DNA of 64,000 nucleotides from a virus: IMG/VR virus record IMGVR_UViG_3300028653_000010; one strand, 5' to 3'. Shown piece by piece: positions 26,834 to 34,161 of this stretch (position 1 is its first letter; each line of letters starts with the position of its first letter). The notes under the pieces were generated by a model. It saw only the letters and a program-made list of their open reading frames with translations, ran no database searches and was not told where the DNA came from. The position numbers and the translations under genes were made by a program.

Positions 26834-26835
26834 GG

Positions 26836-26910
26836 TGGACTCTCCCGGGATCGAACCAGGTTCTTTCGGGCTTCAGCCGAACGCTAAATTACCAAACTAG
26901 CTCAGAGTCC
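26836..26910 (-). tRNA. tRNA-Phe(GAA)
   Basis: Cloverleaf, loop CUGAAGC. Confidence 0.88.
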
Positions 26911-26956
26911 ATGAATCGAACTGGTGTAACTACTCTATCTATAAGGGTGCTACTAT

Positions 26957-27676
26957 ATGAAAAGATCTTGGTCAGATGAAGCCCTTCGGTTGGCAACTCA
27001 AACCAACAACACAATGGCTGGGGTTCTACGAGCACTCCACCTAACCACAAGCCCAGGAAACTACAAGAGTGTCGGCCTAGTTGTAAAGAAGATTGGAGTA
27101 GACACCACACACTTCAAAGGCCTTGCGCATGGTACATCCCCAAGAACAACCAAGATCCCGTTAGTAGATATATTGGTTGAGAATAGTCAGTATGGTAGTA
27201 ACCCACTACGAAAAAGGTTGATCAAAGAGGGCCTGCTACCTAACCAATGTGATGACTGCGGAGTAGGCCCAAAGTGGAATGAAAAACCACTAACCTTGCA
27301 GCTAGATCACAAGAATGGGGATTCAAGTGATAACAGGATAGAGAACCTTCATATCCTATGTCCTAATTGTCACAGTCAGACCAAAACATTCACTGGTAAA
27401 TCTAAGCTAGGTAGGTATCGAAGTGACCCAAGACGGTGCTCTTGTGGGGCAGTGATCTACAGAAAGTCCGACAGGTGTAAGTCCTGCTTAGGCAGGCATG
27501 TAGAGAGCAAGACCAAGTGGCCACCGGTAGAAGATCTTGCCAGATCCGTAGTGCAGACTAGTTACACCAAAGTAGCTGCTGGACTAGGGGTGTCAGATAA
27601 TGCAGTCAAGAAGTACATCAAACGAAGGCTCGGCTTTGCACCACAGAAGTACAAGCCTCGCACAGTCTCAAGTTAG
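26957..27676 (+). CDS. HNH homing endonuclease with C-terminal HTH
   Basis: CDDCG...LQLDHKNG...NRIENLHILCPNCHSQT. Confidence 0.92.
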   Translation: MKRSWSDEALRLATQTNNTMAGVLRALHLTTSPGNYKSVGLVVKKIGVDTTHFKGLAHGTSPRTTKIPLVDILVENSQYGSNPLRKRLIKEGLLPNQCDDCGVGPKWNEKPLTLQLDHKNGDSSDNRIENLHILCPNCHSQTKTFTGKSKLGRYRSDPRRCSCGAVIYRKSDRCKSCLGRHVESKTKWPPVEDLARSVVQTSYTKVAAGLGVSDNAVKKYIKRRLGFAPQKYKPRTVSS

Positions 27677-27677
27677 G

Positions 27678-27826
27678 AAGCACCAACAAGTGATTGCCAA
27701 GACATTATTACCCGGAGGCAAACCGCCTTTGGAGGGCGGACACATCCGAATCCCCCCAAGAGGCTCGAAGCAAACTTCGGGGCTCTTGGCGGGGGATGTT
27801 TGTAGTCCTAACTGCATTTGGTGCTT
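27678..27826 (-). ncRNA. Y RNA-like 4 (novel effector domain)
   Basis: AAGCACCAA-AUG-CAGUUAGGAC-UACA...CUUG-UUGGUGCUU; abuts the tRNA-Leu CCA. Confidence 0.8.
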
Positions 27827-27912
27827 TGGTGCATCAGGAGGGAATCGAACCCCCACGTCACAAGGACAGTAGTGTTTGAGGCTACCGCGTCTGCCAGTTC
27901 CGCCACTGATGC
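27827..27912 (-). tRNA. tRNA-Leu(CAA)
   Basis: Long variable arm, loop CUCAAAC, CCA. Confidence 0.9.
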
Positions 27913-27918
27913 ATGGAG

Positions 27919-28003
27919 TGCAATCGAGAGGAATCGAACCTCCACGGGTATTACCCCACGAATTTCTGAAACTCGCGTGTCTGCCTAGTTCCACCACGAT
28001 TGC
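27919..28003 (-). tRNA. tRNA-Leu(CAG)
   Basis: Long variable arm, loop UUCAGAA. Confidence 0.92.
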
Positions 28004-28096
28004 ATGAAAAGTTTCGCTCAAGGGTGGTAGATAGTAGGGGCAACCCCTTGATGCTCCTACTATTTAGTCCAACCCACCATCGAGCTGAGAAGAGCC

Positions 28097-28172
28097 ACCA
28101 CTGGAAACAAGAAGGTTGTAGAGACGTGTACAGTTTTTGCGATTGTAGTCCCCACTTGCATTTTCCAATGGC
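28097..28172 (-). ncRNA. Minimal Y RNA-like 5
   Basis: GCCAUUGGAAA-AUG...GGAC-UACA...CUUG-UUUCCAGUGGU. Confidence 0.75.
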
Positions 28173-28176
28173 TTAG

Positions 28177-28250
28177 TTGGCCGCCCCAGACTTGAACTGG
28201 GCACCTCAGACTTATCAGGTCTGCGCTCTAACCAGATGAGCTACCGGCCA
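28177..28250 (-). tRNA. tRNA-Ile(GAT)
   Basis: Cloverleaf, loop CUGAUAA. Confidence 0.93.
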
Positions 28251-28259
28251 ATATAGTAG

Positions 28260-28343
28260 TAGTCCCTCCCGGACTTGAACCGGGACACCACGTGGGTAGT
28301 GGGTTTTAAGTCCACCGCGTCTGCCTAGTTCCGCCAAGGGACC
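28260..28343 (-). tRNA. tRNA-Leu(TAA)
   Basis: Long variable arm, loop CUUAAAA. Confidence 0.9.
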
Positions 28344-28346
28344 GTG

Positions 28347-29357
28347 TTAGAGATCAAGTCGTTTTCGAAACAACCGTGACTCTCTCATGATTCGTATACC
28401 TAGTTCTTGAAATCTTTCCTGATCAACAGTTTCAAGATGAAGATCAGGATTACACTTTAGGATTGATGGTAACTTAGTAGAGTACCATACTTTAGAGTCA
28501 CCTTTAACATCAACATAAGTATTCGATTCTGGTAGATAGAAATCTGGAAAGTATGTGTGAGACACCCCTGATTCATCAGTGTACTGAAAAGATCCGATAC
28601 CTTCAAATTGAGTTAGGAACTTGGTAGCAATCTTGTCTAAGTGCTCTGCGTAAACGGCTTCCCAAGTACCTTGGACTTTTGCAATACGACCCGAGGGTAA
28701 AGCAAGGGTATAGATCTTACAGAATGTACCAAGAGGGGCAGCTCTACCCTCTGCATAAGCCCTACGGGCACCGATTGAAACAGAGGCTGACATCTTTGCC
28801 AAAACCTCTGGTCTATTGTTACACTCTCTATGCACGGCTGACATATGGGCCGCGAACTCTGGGTTTCTATAACGTTCTTTGGTAGCTGCTGAGATCTTCT
28901 CTTTTACTTCAGGCCTACTCAAAACCTCTCGCATAGCTAAAGCTAGTTTTTCTTTAACTTCAGGCCTACTCTGGGACACCTTGAGAATAGCTGACATCCT
29001 CTCACGACTACCCGGCTTAGACTTAGCCAACTTAACCGACTCTGAGATCTTGGCTCGCACATCAGGACGAGCCTGAGCAAGCTTCTGACTTTGTGACCTC
29101 TTGGCTCGCACATTAGGTAGTGAGCTTGTAACTTCGATCTTTGCTTGAACATCAGGACGAGCAAAGATTGTTCTACCTGTACAAGATCTTGAACAAAAGT
29201 GATAAGGATTCTGGAAGATACTCGTTTGATACCTTCGAGTAAACTCAATAGTACATCTGATCCCATCACACTTCAAATGAAGCAATTGGTGTTTGATTGG
29301 ACGACCACTCTTACCTGATATCTTGTGGTCAATTTGCTCAACTCTCAATAAAGTCAT
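28347..29357 (-). CDS. Homing endonuclease: NUMOD-like repeats plus PD-(D/E)xK (TnsA-like) domain
   Basis: RPDVRAKIS/RPEVKEKI repeats; QGTWE, YFPDFY, VDVKG. Confidence 0.85.
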   Translation of the reverse strand: MTLLRVEQIDHKISGKSGRPIKHQLLHLKCDGIRCTIEFTRRYQTSIFQNPYHFCSRSCTGRTIFARPDVQAKIEVTSSLPNVRAKRSQSQKLAQARPDVRAKISESVKLAKSKPGSRERMSAILKVSQSRPEVKEKLALAMREVLSRPEVKEKISAATKERYRNPEFAAHMSAVHRECNNRPEVLAKMSASVSIGARRAYAEGRAAPLGTFCKIYTLALPSGRIAKVQGTWEAVYAEHLDKIATKFLTQFEGIGSFQYTDESGVSHTYFPDFYLPESNTYVDVKGDSKVWYSTKLPSILKCNPDLHLETVDQERFQELGIRIMRESRLFRKRLDL

Positions 29358-29539
29358 TTGGAATAACCAGAATCAGCCCAACCACTACCCTGAAGTTGGA
29401 AGCCTGTGCCGCCGCTTATGAGCCTCTTAGCTTCTGGCTTCTTGCACTCAGGGCAATCCATCAACGGCGGTTCCGTAATCTTCTGGTCAGCCTCCCAGAG
29501 GTGCTGACAGGCTTTGCATTGGTACTCGTAGGTTGGCAC
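29354..29539 (-). CDS. FmdB-family zinc ribbon protein
   Basis: PTYEYQCKAC...CPEC...RLIS...FQLQGSGW. Confidence 0.88.
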   Translation of the reverse strand: MPTYEYQCKACQHLWEADQKITEPPLMDCPECKKPEAKRLISGGTGFQLQGSGWADSGYSK

Positions 29540-29543
29540 TTGA

Positions 29544-29999
29544 TTACCCTTGAGGCATGGGGCCTGGACCAATGTTGACTTCATGGTTGACCCGGGTGAG
29601 CAGTGGCTTACCACCAAGAAGTTTGATGAGCCTGCACCTGGTATTGGAGATCATCTTCTGAAGCCGGTTTGGATCTGGGGGTGGTGGGGGCTCATACTTG
29701 TGCCAATGAGTTCTTGCATCCTTCAAAGATGCTACCAGACATTGAACACCACCAGGATCCGGTATTGCATCTGGGTACCCAACTTCAACCTTGGTAGTAC
29801 TAATCACCGAGGTTCCCCAAAGATGCCCTACTAAGCTACCACCCCACTCTGGTCTAGGTTCTGACTTACCAAGCAACTCATAATCAACATGAGCAGAAAG
29901 AACTGGTACATCTTCTGGGTGAACAAGAAGTACTGCTACTCGCAGATCTTCACATTCAACCCTAGACAAGGTATCAGCAACATCATGAAGCGTGGTCAT
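29544..29999 (-). CDS. Hypothetical protein
   Basis: 151-aa ORF, ATG 9 nt after GGTGTA. Confidence 0.7.
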   Translation of the reverse strand: MTTLHDVADTLSRVECEDLRVAVLLVHPEDVPVLSAHVDYELLGKSEPRPEWGGSLVGHLWGTSVISTTKVEVGYPDAIPDPGGVQCLVASLKDARTHWHKYEPPPPPDPNRLQKMISNTRCRLIKLLGGKPLLTRVNHEVNIGPGPMPQG

Positions 30000-30024
30000 G
30001 TGAGATAGTACACCGAGAAGAGTT

Positions 30025-30101
30025 TGGTGACCTTGGTGGGACTCGAACCCGACATTGACAACTTGAAAGGCTGTTATCCTGATCCTTTAGAAGACAAGGC
30101 C
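30025..30101 (-). tRNA. tRNA-Glu(TTC)
   Basis: Cloverleaf, loop CUUUCAA, CCA. Confidence 0.9.
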
Positions 30102-30103
30102 GT

Positions 30104-30180
30104 TGGCGTCCCTGAGGGGTGTCGAGCCCCTTTCAGCGCCTTGAGAGGGCACTATCCTAGCCAGCGTAGACGACAGGGAC
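30104..30180 (-). tRNA. tRNA-Glu(CTC)
   Basis: Cloverleaf, loop CUCUCAA, CCA. Confidence 0.9.
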
Positions 30181-30187
30181 ATTGATA

Positions 30188-30254
30188 GGTGAGACAAGGA
30201 ACGAGCTAGAGGGATTCAATTAACAAGATTGTACTCCAGATCAGTATTCTCACC
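30188..30254 (-). ncRNA. Minimal Y RNA-like 6
   Basis: GGUGAGA-AUA...GGAG-UACA...CUUG-UCUCACC. Confidence 0.75.
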
Positions 30255-30256
30255 AG

Positions 30257-30340
30257 CGGAAGGAGCGGGATTCGAACTCGCAGAGCTGTTACGCTCGATT
30301 GTTTTCAAGACAATTTCCCTCACCTATAGGAGGCCCTTCC
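30257..30340 (-). tRNA. tRNA-Ser(TGA)
   Basis: Long variable arm, loop CUUGAAA. Confidence 0.88.
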
Positions 30341-30348
30341 GTAGTAAC

Positions 30349-30429
30349 TGAGTTCTCGGGAGTTTACGATCCCCCTTCTTCGCCTACCCGGGTAGAACGA
30401 GATCCTGCAATATGGACGACGAGAACTCA
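30349..30429 (-). ncRNA. Cloverleaf-like RNA lacking an anticodon loop
   Basis: 10-bp UGAGUUCUCG/CGAGAACUCA stem and three arms. Confidence 0.55.
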
Positions 30430-30431
30430 AG

Positions 30432-30508
30432 TGGTAGCGGGAATGAGGAGTTGAACCCCACTGTTTCCGGGTTATGAGCCCGGCGTAGAACCATTTTACT
30501 CTCCCGCA
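30432..30508 (-). tRNA. Initiator tRNA-fMet(CAT)
   Basis: 1:72 mismatch, three G-C pairs in the anticodon stem, loop CUCAUAA. Confidence 0.88.
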
Positions 30509-30509
30509 G

Positions 30510-30582
30510 AGCTGGCAAGTGGAGTCGAACCACCCTGAACATCTTTACGAAAGATGCGCGTTCCCACGATTGCTATGCCAGC
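30510..30582 (-). tRNA. tRNA-Thr(CGT)
   Basis: Cloverleaf, loop UUCGUAA. Confidence 0.87.
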
Positions 30583-30585
30583 ATA

Positions 30586-30664
30586 GGGCACTCCCGACCT
30601 TGTCGGGCGCCCAGGGGATCTCTACTTCCCCCACTCGTCTCCCGTAGAGATGAGGTTGACGAGT
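30586..30664 (-). ncRNA. Candidate pseudoknot RNA
   Basis: ACUCGUC/GACGAGU crossed by AUCUCUAC/GUAGAGAU, then a GGGCGC-CCGAC hairpin. Confidence 0.55.
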
Positions 30665-30740
30665 TGGCTCCAGCTCCTGGGCTCGAACCAGGCACCCTTT
30701 GTTTAACAGACAAACGCTCTACCTACTGAGCTAAGCTGGA
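30665..30740 (-). tRNA. tRNA-Asn(GTT)
   Basis: Cloverleaf, loop CUGUUAA, CCA. Confidence 0.93.
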
Positions 30741-30753
30741 ATGAAACACTAAG

Positions 30754-30827
30754 CTCCAGAGGCTAGAATCGAACTAGCGGAATCGTGATTAACAGTCACG
30801 CCCATGTACCAACACATGAACCCTGGA
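30754..30827 (-). tRNA. tRNA-Asn(GTT), second divergent copy
   Basis: Cloverleaf, loop CUGUUAA. Confidence 0.85.
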
Positions 30828-30831
30828 ATAT

Positions 30832-31070
30832 GGAGGCTGTTTCAAGCCTCCCCCGACACGAGTTGGTGCTCGTGCCGTAGGCACTGTGCTTGCCCCTACG
30901 GGGCTCGCCAATGCCTTACTTCATTACGGTCAGGAATGAAAAACTACCCGGCAGGCACGGTCGCTGCAGCCCTCGGTTTACTTGAGGTCGATCACGGCAC
31001 GTCTGCTTCCCGAGCCCACAACAGACTCGTAAGGTCAGCACTCATTCACTGTTAGATTGTCAAGGATCTA
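30832..31070 (-). ncRNA. Candidate ~240-nt multi-hairpin RNA with boxA-like 5' motif
   Basis: GAUCCUUGACAA, then CCUUAC/GUAAGG enclosing arms and four tandem hairpins. Confidence 0.5.
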
Positions 31071-31093
31071 AGCTAGCGGTTGCTTGCTTCGAT

Positions 31094-31168
31094 TGGTTCC
31101 GACACCTGGATTCGAACCAGGATAACGGGCTTCAAAGGCCCGCGCCCTAACCGTTGGACGATGTCGGA
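31094..31168 (-). tRNA. tRNA-Gln(TTG)
   Basis: Cloverleaf, loop CUUUGAA, CCA. Confidence 0.92.
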
Positions 31169-31833
31169 TCAAAAACTGAGTGAGCCTGGAGGGAGTTGAA
31201 CCCGTCAACCTTCGGATTAAGAGTCCGCTGCGCTACCAATTGCGCCACAAGCCCGTGTCTATTCCAAGTGATACCTATCTTATGAAGCTTCTCTCTAACT
31301 GTCTTTGAGTGGCACCCCAACTTAGTAGCTATCTGACTAGGGGTCATAGTATGAAGCATCTCTACTAACTCATCTGAACTTGGCCACACAAGTGTCTCAC
31401 GACACTTCTTACTACAGTAAACTTGACCTGTACTTGGGCGAGCATAGAATAACCCACCACAAGTCTTACAAGTATGAGGTACTTTTGGATTTGTATGCCG
31501 AATTGGAATTTGCGATCTGACAGAATGCTCTAACTTAGCGTGGTGCTCACTGATTATCTTACCGTGCTCTTCTCGATGACAGTTGGAACACAGCAAGACA
31601 CATTTATCCAACTCTAACCTCAACACTTCCCAAGCCCTGTGATTTCTAGCCACTGTCCAGTCCTTCTGGGATGGATCAGTGTGGTGGAACTCCAAAGCAC
31701 CTAGGAATTTTGAGTAACCGCAAACCTGGCAACAACCTCCTTTGTATTCAACAGCTCTTCGCTTCAAGTCATGGTTTCGTTTGCTTAACTTCAGGGTAGT
31801 GTAGTCAGAGTGTAGTTGGCGCTCTCGCTTCAT
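31147..31833 (-). CDS. HNH homing endonuclease (reads through tRNA-Lys)
   Basis: YKGGCCQVCGY...LEFHH...ELDKCVLLCSNCHREEH. Confidence 0.88.
   Translation of the reverse strand: MKRERQLHSDYTTLKLSKRNHDLKRRAVEYKGGCCQVCGYSKFLGALEFHHTDPSQKDWTVARNHRAWEVLRLELDKCVLLCSNCHREEHGKIISEHHAKLEHSVRSQIPIRHTNPKVPHTCKTCGGLFYARPSTGQVYCSKKCRETLVWPSSDELVEMLHTMTPSQIATKLGCHSKTVREKLHKIGITWNRHGLVAQLVAQRTLNPKVDGFNSLQAHSVFDPTSSNG
31181..31254 (-). tRNA. tRNA-Lys(CTT)
   Basis: Cloverleaf, loop CUCUUAA. Confidence 0.92.
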
Positions 31834-31879
31834 ACAAGGTACCTACACCAAAGAAGATTAATCGATTGTTTTAACTCAG

Positions 31880-31952
31880 TGGGCTCGGGGAGCAATGATC
31901 TCCCAACCTTGCGGTTAAAGGCCGCTTGCTCTGCCAATTGAGCTACGAACCC
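31880..31952 (-). tRNA. tRNA-Lys(TTT), atypical
   Basis: Loop CCUUUAA (C33), T-loop AUCAUUG. Confidence 0.82.
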
Positions 31953-32024
31953 TCGCTTTCTGCTTTTAGTTGCCCGCTCCCGGGCTCGCGTTTGATGAAC
32001 ATGATGAGTACCTTTCTAGTGTCT

Positions 32025-32112
32025 TGGTGGTGGCTGGTGGATTTGAACCACTCCTCCCGAAGGAAACAGATTTACAGTCTGCCGCAACTCGCCTGATTGC
32101 TAATCAACCACC
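32025..32112 (-). tRNA. tRNA-Tyr(GTA)
   Basis: Long variable arm, loop CUGUAAA, CCA. Confidence 0.88.
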
Positions 32113-32282
32113 ATAGTGTGGGGTCTAGCTGCGGTTACGAGTCGATAGCGATCTGTAATTCCCATTGTCCTTTGCTTTCCTAACGAACTGACAAACCTAT
32201 CCTGATGCCACTGTGTGTGACAGACGAAGCTCTAGTTTTCACACAGTTCCCTGTGTGTTGGTTTTATCGGGGGAATGGCCCT

Positions 32283-32322
32283 AAAACGACTAAGGCCACC
32301 GTGGTTTCCCAGGGCGGCCTTC
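32283..32322 (-). terminator. Attenuator/terminator hairpin of the tRNA operon leader
   Basis: AAGGCCGCC-CUGG-GAAA-CCA-CGGUGGCCUU followed by AGUCGUUUU. Confidence 0.7.
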
Positions 32323-32357
32323 TGTTTACGGGTACTCCGTTATTCAGACTAGCCGCC

Positions 32358-32525
32358 CTATGTACCCACCTCTGGATTGGCAATACGTGCTGAGGTGGGA
32401 TACCAAGACTTAAGTTGGGCCATATCGCTTGTAAAATGCCCTAGACTATGGACGCACAACGAACCCGACAGCGATATTCTCGCCGGCCTGGATTCTAATG
32501 TTGCGGTTTTGAGTAGAGAGGACAC
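32358..32525 (-). CDS. Putative 55-aa leader peptide of the tRNA operon
   Basis: GGAG 5 nt before GTG; open for 55 codons; stop overlaps a segment complementary to the terminator. Confidence 0.65.
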   Translation of the reverse strand: MSSLLKTATLESRPARISLSGSLCVHSLGHFTSDMAQLKSWYPTSARIANPEVGT

Positions 32526-32564
32526 GTTACTCCGATTGATTGGCTTCTTGAGCCTTGAGACTGT

Positions 32565-32594
32565 AGCCTAGCTCAGGGGGCGGTAGACCGTCAA
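32565..32594 (-). promoter_or_regulatory. Sigma70-like promoter of the tRNA operon
   Basis: TTGACG-N18-TAGGCT. Confidence 0.6.
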
Positions 32595-32731
32595 GGTCTT
32601 TTTTCGCCTGTGTGATCTTTTTTCTTGGCCCGACATTCCCCTACCTGGGGAGGTCAAACCTTGAGCACCAGCAGTACACCGAGGGGCTGGGGTACGTCAA
32701 GAGAAACTTTTACTTATCAGGACCCTTGGTT

Positions 32732-33307
32732 GTGAAAAGCCTTTTCGCCTCCGAGCCCCCGAAGTTCGTCTGCAAGGTCTTCAATTCAGAATGGGACCGC
32801 TTCGTTGAATCCTGGCTGCCCAAGATCCACACCTATCTAATTGAAGCCCTTGGACCATTCGGCAAGGAGCCCCTACCCACCATCCTCCCTATGGCAGATG
32901 GCATGCACATGTCCGGCGCCACCGCCTCCTTCAACATGATGACTGGTCAGGTGCAACTGAGCCCGAGCGTAGAAGGCAACCCTGGGCAGACCCTGGAAAA
33001 GCTAACCCACGAGTTCACGCATGGGAGCTATGCCAAGTTCCCTATAGATGATTGCTTCTATGATGAGGGGTATGTTGACTTCTCAACGTGGGTCCTTGCC
33101 CACTCCCCAACTTATGGAGAGTATCGTCAACAGATCATCGACGCGGCCGCCTACAACATCCAAATGAGACGTGAGCGAGCCATGAGGAACCTCTCGGACT
33201 ATGACCGCAAGAGGTGGGCTGGTGGGACCTTTGCAAGTATGTTCTACGGTCCTATGATCCTGCACCACATGAAAATGAAGAAGGCAGAAGGCGACTTCAC
33301 CTGGTGA
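32732..33307 (+). CDS. Putative zinc metallopeptidase
   Basis: HEFTH plus DEGYV. Confidence 0.65.
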   Translation: MKSLFASEPPKFVCKVFNSEWDRFVESWLPKIHTYLIEALGPFGKEPLPTILPMADGMHMSGATASFNMMTGQVQLSPSVEGNPGQTLEKLTHEFTHGSYAKFPIDDCFYDEGYVDFSTWVLAHSPTYGEYRQQIIDAAAYNIQMRRERAMRNLSDYDRKRWAGGTFASMFYGPMILHHMKMKKAEGDFTW

Positions 33308-33308
33308 G

Positions 33309-33851
33309 CTACTCGCTCTCCAACTCCAACATCAAGTCAATAGCCGACTCTTCCACCACGAAGACATTGGTACACTCCGAAGCTTCGATCCCTACGCCCG
33401 CCAAGCAACCCCTCCACGGCCCCCGTTCAAAACCCAAGGACTTGATCCCCTGAGCCAAAGTGGAGTCCCACACGAACACTTCTCCTGGGGGTAATAATTT
33501 GAGGATGAAGGACAACTTCCTCAAGTCGATATTGATCCCTGCAAGGACTCCTTGAAACTTCAAGTCCACATCAATCACATCAAGTAAGGGCTTAATCTTG
33601 GTGACCCACCTCAACAGGGAACTCAGCTCTACCCTCACAGCCTCCTTAGGACGAGGTAGCTGCAGAACAGGAAGTAATGGTGCGTCCTCAACCTTCTCAC
33701 CTACTTCCCCTTTGAAAGCTATGACGCAGTGGTGGTTAGCTACTACAGACCACCCTTCCTGGTGTAGAAACACACTGCTCATCCATTGAAACTTCCCTGA
33801 TAGTAGGAATTTATGAAGTATGTCTAACGGTTCCATCTGGGTTGTATACAT
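33309..33851 (-). CDS. Hypothetical protein ending ELESE
   Basis: 180-aa ORF. Confidence 0.7.
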   Translation of the reverse strand: MYTTQMEPLDILHKFLLSGKFQWMSSVFLHQEGWSVVANHHCVIAFKGEVGEKVEDAPLLPVLQLPRPKEAVRVELSSLLRWVTKIKPLLDVIDVDLKFQGVLAGINIDLRKLSFILKLLPPGEVFVWDSTLAQGIKSLGFERGPWRGCLAGVGIEASECTNVFVVEESAIDLMLELESE

Positions 33852-34161
33852 TATCAGGAGTCAGGTGACTGGGAAGCTTTACACCGGGATCACGAACGAC
33901 CTTGAGAAGCGACTGACGGCCCACAACAATGGAACCGGAGCCAAGTTTACTCGAGCGGGAAGACCATGGAAGCTAACCTACCGAGAGCCAGTGGAGGATA
34001 AGAGCTCAGCTCTAAAGCGAGAGCTGAAGATCAAGAATCTAACTCGAGCCCAGAAACTCACTCTGATTCAAGCTCATACATTGCCCCAGCCATTACCTCT
34101 CGGTCCTCAAACTCCCGACGATCCGCTTGAGCAGCCAGGACTCTCAACCGAGCGGTCTTGA
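33820..34161 (+). CDS. GIY-YIG nuclease (UPF0213/SLX1-like)
   Basis: VYII...LYTGIT...RLTAHN...GAKFT...RPW...ALKRELKIK. Confidence 0.9.
   Translation: MSNGSIWVVYIIRSQVTGKLYTGITNDLEKRLTAHNNGTGAKFTRAGRPWKLTYREPVEDKSSALKRELKIKNLTRAQKLTLIQAHTLPQPLPLGPQTPDDPLEQPGLSTERS

Noticed and set aside
32358-32375. T-box riboswitch
   Set aside because: AGAGGUGGGUAC lacks the UGGNACC bulge and no stem I is present; translation-coupled attenuation fits better.
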